A stretch of DNA of 16,432 nt, from assembly GCA_043228905.1 (NCBI GenBank), contig JBHGNT010000749.1, positions 1 to 16,432 on the forward strand, read 5' to 3'. The position numbers were made by a program, and so were the translations under genes. The notes beneath the pieces are model-generated. The model saw nothing but the letters and a program-made list of their open reading frames with translations. It made no database searches and was not told the origin of the DNA. This DNA is from Azolla caroliniana. Its lineage: Eukaryota > Plantae > Polypodiophyta. Positions 1 to 5,042 of this stretch are shown one piece after another (positions within the stretch are counted from its first letter, which is position 1; each line of letters starts with the position of its first letter).

Positions 1-77
1 ACGGCTGCTCTCACTTCGCTCCCTCTAAGTGGAAAACAGAAAATGAGCAGCAACATAAACTGTTTGCCCTAAGTCAT

Positions 78-84
78 ATTTATA
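78..84 (-). promoter_or_regulatory. Putative TATA box copy in the 3' LTR
   Basis: TATAAAT on the minus strand at the position equivalent to 4885-4891. Confidence 0.65.
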
Positions 85-183
85 CACATATGACTTTCGG
101 GCTATTTACAAATATAGCCTCAAGGGCTCTTGGCAAACATATTCACAAATATGTCCCCGCATCCGGATCTCCCTCCGGGTACA

Positions 184-343
184 TTCGTCATCCGGCTCCG
201 TAACCGGGGTCTTCAGCATCCGGCTCCGTAGCCGGGGTATTCATCATCCGGCTCCGTAGCCGGGGTCTTCATCATCCGGCTCCGTAGCCAGGGTATTCAT
301 CATCCGGCTCCGTAGCCGGGGTCTTCATCATCCGGCTCCGTAG
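184..343. repeat. 28-bp tandem repeat in LTR U3 (about 5.7 copies)
   Basis: Unit TTCATCATCCGGCTCCGTAGCCGGGGT(C/A) starts at 184, 212, 240, 268, 296 and 324 (partial). Confidence 0.95.
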
Positions 344-410
344 TCAGCAACCGGGCTTGCCGTCATTCATCTCCGGACATCCCATCCGGAGGGACCGAAA
401 TCCCAACAAA

Positions 411-424
411 CTCCCCCTTCACTT
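411..424 (-). promoter_or_regulatory. Polypurine tract (plus-strand primer) abutting or overlapping the pol stop codon
   Basis: Minus strand reads AAG-TGA-AGGGGGAG-TT-TGTTGGGA (last codon, stop, PPT core, 2 nt, LTR start). Confidence 0.92.
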
Positions 425-3400
425 CGGCATGGGATGTCTCTCCAATCCGATCCTCTTCCGGCATGCTTCCAGCTTGTCGGGTGTGAGCACTTTGGTCAGC
501 ATATCTGAGCCGTTCTCGTCCGTGTGGATCTTCGTCAGCACGAACTCTTGGTCTTCTATCCTTTCCCGGATCCAGTGATATCTTCGCTGGATGTGCTTCG
601 TCCGGGAGTGATAGGCCGCGTTCTTCGCAAGGTGGATGGCAGTCTGACTGTCGCAGTAGAGTCGGTACTCCTCCTGCCGGATACCGAGCTCTCTAATGAA
701 GTCCTTCATCCATATCATTTCCTTGCCGGCTTCAACAGCCGCCATGTACTCCGCCTCCGTGGTTGACAACGCAACCGTCTTCTGCAGCCTCGACTGCCAC
801 GAAACGGCTCCCCCTGCATAAGTCATCACATACCCTGATGTGGACCGGCTGGTATCTGCATCAGCCGACATATCCGAATCGGTGAAGCCGTCGAGTTCGG
901 GCTTACGGGAGCCGAATCGGAGGCACACGTTTGCCGTGCCCTTCAGGTATCGGAGTATCCACTTGACCGCGTTCCAATGCTCTTTGCCGGGATTGCTCAT
1001 GTACCGGCTCACCACTCCGACTGCATATCCTATGTCCGGTCTCGTACACACCATGGCGTACATCAAGCTCCCGACGGCTGAGGCATACGGCACTTTCATC
1101 ATATCCTCCTTTTCAGCCTTTGTCTTGGGACTTTGCTTGCTGGACAGCTTGCAGTTTGCCGGGAGGGTCGATCCGACCGGTCTTGCTTCCGACATGTTGA
1201 ACCGTTGAAGCACCTTTGTCACGTACTTCTCCTGTGACAGCCACAACTGCTTCTTGCTCCGGTCCCGGATGATGTGCATCCCTAGTATTTGTCTCGCCGG
1301 ACCCAAGTCCTTCATTGAGAAGGTTCGGTGAAGAGCCTTCTTCAGCATCCGTATCTTGACCTGGTCCCGTCCGACGATCAACATGTCGTCAACGTACAGG
1401 AGGAGTATTAGAGAGTCTCCTCCTTCGAACTTCTTCACAAACACGCAGTGGTCAGACTGCGTTTTGAGGTACCCTTCGTCGGTCATGAAGGAGTCGAACT
1501 TCCGGTACCATTGCCGGGGAGCCTGCTTCAGTCCGTAAAGGCTCTTCTTCAACCGGCATACCAGGTGCTTCTTCCCTTTCTTCTCGAATCCTTCCGGTTG
1601 CTGCATGTAGATCTCTTCTTCGAGGTCACCGTGAAGGAATGCCGTCTTCACGTCCATCTGTTCTACCTCGAGGTCCATGCTTGCCGCTATGCTCAGCACC
1701 GTCCGGATGGAGGTCATCTTCACCACCGGGGCAAATATCTCGTCGAAGTCGACGCCCTTCTTCTGCTGGAACCCCTTCACCACGATCCTGGCTTTGTATC
1801 TCGGGGGGTTTCCGGCATCTCCCGGTTTCAGCTTGAACACCCACTTGTTTCGAAGTGCCCGCTTTCCTTTCGGCAACTCCACAAGTTCATATGTGTGGTT
1901 CTCATGCAGGGAATCCATCTCCTCCTGCATGGCACTTAACCACCTGCGGCTATGGGTGTCAAGCTTTGCTTCTTCAAAGCTTTCCGGCTCCCCCTCGTCG
2001 GTTAGCAGCACGTGCTCTGGTTCCGGAAATCTCCGGGGGGCCCTTCTCTCTCTTAGAGGATATCTCCGTTCCGGAGCTTCAGTAACCGGTTCCTCCGTTT
2101 CTTCTTCATCCGAATCCATTTCGGGGTCGGGGCCGGTTCCGGTATCAGTTTCATCTTCCTCGGCCGGTTCTGTTTCTTCACCATCTTCGGCCGGATCCTC
2201 GAGTGCTAACCGGTCCCTTGCCGGTCGGGACTGCTCCTCGTAGAGTTTATCCTCACCGGTCGACTTGGAGCTCTTCATCTTCTTCTCCGACTCCCAGTCG
2301 GCGAGTGTCTTGTTCTCCATGAAGATGATATCTCGACTCCTGAATATCTTCTTGTCGACCGGGTCCCATACTCGGTAGCCGAACTCGTCGTTGCCGTAAC
2401 CGAGGAATATGCATGGCCGGGTCTTTGGATCTAGCTTTCCTCTCCGGTCCTTTGCCACATGCACGTAAGCGAGACACCCGAACACCTTCAGATGCCGGTA
2501 GGACACTTCCTTACCGGTCCACACTTTCTGCGGCGTGTCTCCGTCCAAAGGTACTGAGGGTGATCTGTTTATCACGTATGTCGCCGTCGACATTGCCTCA
2601 GCCCAAAACCCCTTGGGTAATTTCGCATGCGCCAGCATACTCCGGACCCTCTCCATTATGGTCCGGTTCATCCTCTCGGCCAGCCCGTTCAGTTCCGGCG
2701 TCTTCGGCACAGTAAACTCGAGCCGGATTCCCTTCGAGCGACAGTACTCCTGGAACTGCCCCCGGTATTCCCCTCCGTTATCCGCTCGTATCGCTTTCAG
2801 CTTCTTGCCGGATTCTCTTTCCACTCTCGCGTGGAGTTCTTTGAAGACGAACAACACTTGGTCCTTTGTCTTCAGCGGCGCCGTCCACAGCTTCCGGCTG
2901 TGATCATCAATGAAAGTCACGAAGTACTGGGCTCCGCCATGTGACTTCGTTTCTACCTGACACACATCAGTGTGCACCAACTCCAATGGTGCGCTACGTC
3001 TCGTCGGTGGCCTTGAGTGGAAGGAGGTCCGGTTTTGCTTACCGGCCAGACAGTCGGTGCACTTCTCCAGGTGCACATGCTTCACTGGAATAAGGTTGTC
3101 TTCTGCAAGCCTCTTCATCCCCTTCTCACTCATGTGGCACAGTCTCTTGTGCCACAGCTCACCGGCAGTGTCGGCTGCCACATTCAGCTCTTCCGGATAT
3201 AACCGGGCATTCATCAGGTACAGTGTGTTGTCTTTCCGGGCCCGAGCCACTATTAGGCTCCCTTTGCTGAACTTCATGACACCGTTCCGGATGCTACCCG
3301 TGTAGCCTTCATCATCTAGCCTCCCGGCCGAGATCAGGTTCAATCGGACCTCCGGAACGTGTCGCACATCCTTCAACAGCATCTTGCATCCGGTTGATGT

Positions 3401-4492
3401 CAACAGCCACACGTCTCCTATGCCGGCAATCCGGCATGTACCTTCATTTCCCATCCGGACACAGCCGTGCTCACCGGCTGTGTAGGATGAGAAGTATTTC
3501 TTCTCCGGGGTCAAGTGGAACGACGCTCCGGAATCGACCACCCAGGTCATCTCTACACCGGCAAGGTTCAGCTCCCTCTCTTCGGTAATGAGCATTATCT
3601 CATCTTCACTTGCCGCGAGTGCCGTCGTTCCTTTCCGGTCCTGCCCTCGCCGATCTGGACCTCTCCGGTCCGTGGCTCCCCGGTATGCACCGTTTCTCTC
3701 CGGTGACTTCTTCGAATCGGTGTCTTCGGCTCCGTTGTCCTTTCGGTAATGCCGACAATTCTTCCGGAAGTGCCCCGGCTTCCCACAGTGGAAGCATGTG
3801 GGCCTTCCTCTTGACTGCGACCGGGTCCCCGACTTCTCCCGTCTTTGCGGACTCCGGTTCCATTGTCTTCCCCGATCCGATTCGGTAAGCAACGCCTTCG
3901 AGTCGGAGACCGGTTCTTTATCTCTCCGACGCGCTTCTTCGTTCAAAATACTTGTCTTTACCGTTTGTAGGGACAAGTTATCTTCGGCGCAGGAGGTGCT
4001 GAGAGTCACCACCAAGTTCTCCCAGCTGTCCGGCAATGTACACATCAGAATGATGGCTTGCATTGCATCCTCCAGTGGGAACTTGATCGCCGCAAGCTGG
4101 TTCACGAATCCCATGAACGTGCTTACGTGTTCCACCATACTCTCGCCGTCCCGGTACTTGAGATTCACAATCTTCCTCATCAGGGAGGTCCGGTTCAGCG
4201 CATTCTTCCTCTCGTAGAGGCCCGACAGCTTCTTCCACATCTCATATGCGTTGGTGTCGTTCGCCACATGTTGTAGGACGCTTACATCGACATATTGTCG
4301 GATCGTCGCTACGGCTTTCCGGTTCAGGAGCTTCCACTCCGACTCAAGTACCCCCTTCGGTATTTCCGACCTGTCAATCGGTTCGTACAGGTCCCGAACA
4401 ATCAGAAGATCCTCCATCTTGATCTTCCAGTCGGCGTAATTCTGTGCATTCAGCACCATCATCCCCGGCTGCCCGCTGCTGCCGCCTTCCAT
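419..4492 (-). CDS. gag-pol: Gag-Pol polyprotein (1357 aa), intact single ORF
   Basis: First ATG after the PBS is at 4492 (MEGGSSG...) and the TGA is at 421-419. Gag N-terminal motif LNAQNYADWKIKMEDLL; CCHC knuckle CFHCGKPGHFRKNC (3755-3796); protease WVVDSGASFH (DSG 3527-3535); integrase HHCC (WHKRLCH...CTDC) and D,D-35-E (VHTDV, RADNGGEY, NGLAERMNRT); RT YVDD (1385-1396); RNase H (FTDSD, TEAEY, YCDSQ, SDMLTK). No stops or frameshifts. Confidence 0.96.
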   Translation of the reverse strand: MEGGSSGQPGMMVLNAQNYADWKIKMEDLLIVRDLYEPIDRSEIPKGVLESEWKLLNRKAVATIRQYVDVSVLQHVANDTNAYEMWKKLSGLYERKNALNRTSLMRKIVNLKYRDGESMVEHVSTFMGFVNQLAAIKFPLEDAMQAIILMCTLPDSWENLVVTLSTSCAEDNLSLQTVKTSILNEEARRRDKEPVSDSKALLTESDRGRQWNRSPQRREKSGTRSQSRGRPTCFHCGKPGHFRKNCRHYRKDNGAEDTDSKKSPERNGAYRGATDRRGPDRRGQDRKGTTALAASEDEIMLITEERELNLAGVEMTWVVDSGASFHLTPEKKYFSSYTAGEHGCVRMGNEGTCRIAGIGDVWLLTSTGCKMLLKDVRHVPEVRLNLISAGRLDDEGYTGSIRNGVMKFSKGSLIVARARKDNTLYLMNARLYPEELNVAADTAGELWHKRLCHMSEKGMKRLAEDNLIPVKHVHLEKCTDCLAGKQNRTSFHSRPPTRRSAPLELVHTDVCQVETKSHGGAQYFVTFIDDHSRKLWTAPLKTKDQVLFVFKELHARVERESGKKLKAIRADNGGEYRGQFQEYCRSKGIRLEFTVPKTPELNGLAERMNRTIMERVRSMLAHAKLPKGFWAEAMSTATYVINRSPSVPLDGDTPQKVWTGKEVSYRHLKVFGCLAYVHVAKDRRGKLDPKTRPCIFLGYGNDEFGYRVWDPVDKKIFRSRDIIFMENKTLADWESEKKMKSSKSTGEDKLYEEQSRPARDRLALEDPAEDGEETEPAEEDETDTGTGPDPEMDSDEEETEEPVTEAPERRYPLRERRAPRRFPEPEHVLLTDEGEPESFEEAKLDTHSRRWLSAMQEEMDSLHENHTYELVELPKGKRALRNKWVFKLKPGDAGNPPRYKARIVVKGFQQKKGVDFDEIFAPVVKMTSIRTVLSIAASMDLEVEQMDVKTAFLHGDLEEEIYMQQPEGFEKKGKKHLVCRLKKSLYGLKQAPRQWYRKFDSFMTDEGYLKTQSDHCVFVKKFEGGDSLILLLYVDDMLIVGRDQVKIRMLKKALHRTFSMKDLGPARQILGMHIIRDRSKKQLWLSQEKYVTKVLQRFNMSEARPVGSTLPANCKLSSKQSPKTKAEKEDMMKVPYASAVGSLMYAMVCTRPDIGYAVGVVSRYMSNPGKEHWNAVKWILRYLKGTANVCLRFGSRKPELDGFTDSDMSADADTSRSTSGYVMTYAGGAVSWQSRLQKTVALSTTEAEYMAAVEAGKEMIWMKDFIRELGIRQEEYRLYCDSQTAIHLAKNAAYHSRTKHIQRRYHWIRERIEDQEFVLTKIHTDENGSDMLTKVLTPDKLEACRKRIGLERHPMPK

Positions 4493-4507
4493 TTTCTGCA
4501 GCAGTTC

Positions 4508-4519
4508 GCTCTGATACCA
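4508..4519 (-). promoter_or_regulatory. Primer-binding site complementary to the 3' end of initiator tRNA-Met
   Basis: Minus strand reads ...CTACA-ATC-TGGTATCAGAGC, the canonical plant tRNA-iMet PBS. Confidence 0.96.
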
Positions 4520-4884
4520 GATTGTAGAGAATAGACGCTTACATTCACCTTCACCACTCAGCCACAACCGAGTAGGCGCGAATCGATGGAGCAGAAAATA
4601 GGAACCACAAAGAGAAACAAAACGCGGGTACACAGGGATTAACGTGGAAAACCCTAGACGGGAAAAACCACGGGAGTACAAGACTCCAAATCAACACTAT
4701 ACAGAGAAGTATACAATGGCGAGCTACAAGGCGACGACCTTGGGCTCGCTGTCCTCGCCACAGGCGGCGGAAATACACAGAGGCGTCTACCTCTTCCTCT
4801 CTCTCTCACGGCTGCTCTCACTTCGCTCCCTCTAAGTGGAAAACAGAAAATGAGCAGCAACATAAACTGTTTGCCCTAAGTCAT

Positions 4885-4891
4885 ATTTATA
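4885..4891 (-). promoter_or_regulatory. Putative TATA box of the 5' LTR promoter
   Basis: TATAAAT on the minus strand, downstream of the U3 repeats and about 360 bp upstream of the LTR end. Confidence 0.7.
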
Positions 4892-4990
4892 CACGTATGA
4901 CTTTCGGGCTATTTACAAATATAGCCTCAAGGGCTCTTGGCAAACATATTCACAAATATGTCCCCGCATCCGGATCTCCCTCCGGGTACA

Positions 4991-5041
4991 TTCGTCATCC
5001 GGCTCCGTAACCGGGGTCTTCAGCATCCGGCTCCATAGCCG
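4991..5041. repeat. Remnant of the 28-bp U3 repeat in the 5' LTR (about 1.8 copies)
   Basis: Matches 184-234 and breaks inside the second copy at the satellite junction. Confidence 0.9.
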
Positions 5042-5042
5042 A

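Larger units (their letters stand above)
1..408 (-). repeat. 3' LTR (U3 and part of R; continues past the left window edge)
   Basis: Begins TGTTGGGA on the minus strand at 408, 2 nt after the PPT. Bases 1-234 match 4808-5041 with 2 mismatches. Inferred full LTR length is 693 bp, so about 285 bp lie left of the window. Confidence 0.95.
1..5041 (-). mobile_element. Ty1/copia LTR retrotransposon, Tnt1/Tto1-like (Tork lineage); 3' LTR cut by the window edge, 5' LTR truncated
   Basis: Direct repeats at 1-234 and 4808-5041 (offset 4807), PBS 4508-4519, PPT 411-418, and a single polyprotein with the copia domain order Gag-PR-IN-RT-RH. RT/RH motifs (KTAFLHGDLEEEIYMQQPEGF, LKKSLYGLKQAPRQW, LLLYVDDMLIVG, KDLGPARQILGM, VPYASAVGSLMYAMVCTRPDI) closely resemble Tnt1-type elements. 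Lineage is assigned by recognition, not by a tree. Confidence 0.97.
4523..5041 (-). repeat. 5' LTR, truncated at its outer (U3) end (519 of about 693 bp)
   Basis: Ends ...TCTCTACA (minus) at 4523, 3 nt before the PBS. Homology to the 3' LTR stops at 5041 (equivalent to position 234), and the equivalent of 235-408 is absent. Confidence 0.95.

Noticed and set aside
184-343. CRISPR-like appearance of the 28-bp palindromic repeats
   Set aside because: The units are contiguous with no unique spacers, there are no cas genes, and the context is a eukaryotic LTR.
357-4534. Numerous plus-strand and alternate-frame ORFs of 60-188 aa overlapping gag-pol
   Set aside because: These are shadow ORFs expected in a GC-rich coding sequence, with no recognisable domains.
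4493-4681. 63-codon N-terminal extension of the 1420-aa ORF in the track
   Set aside because: It starts at TTG, runs through U5 and the PBS (WYQS is the PBS itself) and has no Gag-like features. The first ATG at 4492 fits Tto1-like Gag starts.
4790-4807. GA-rich tract (minus strand) downstream of the TATA box as a GAGA/BPC site
   Set aside because: It is short and common in plant LTR leaders, so there is not enough evidence for function.
4551-4863. Short ORFs inside the 5' LTR
   Set aside because: They have no motifs and lie in R/U5. They could act as uORFs, but nothing in the sequence supports protein products.
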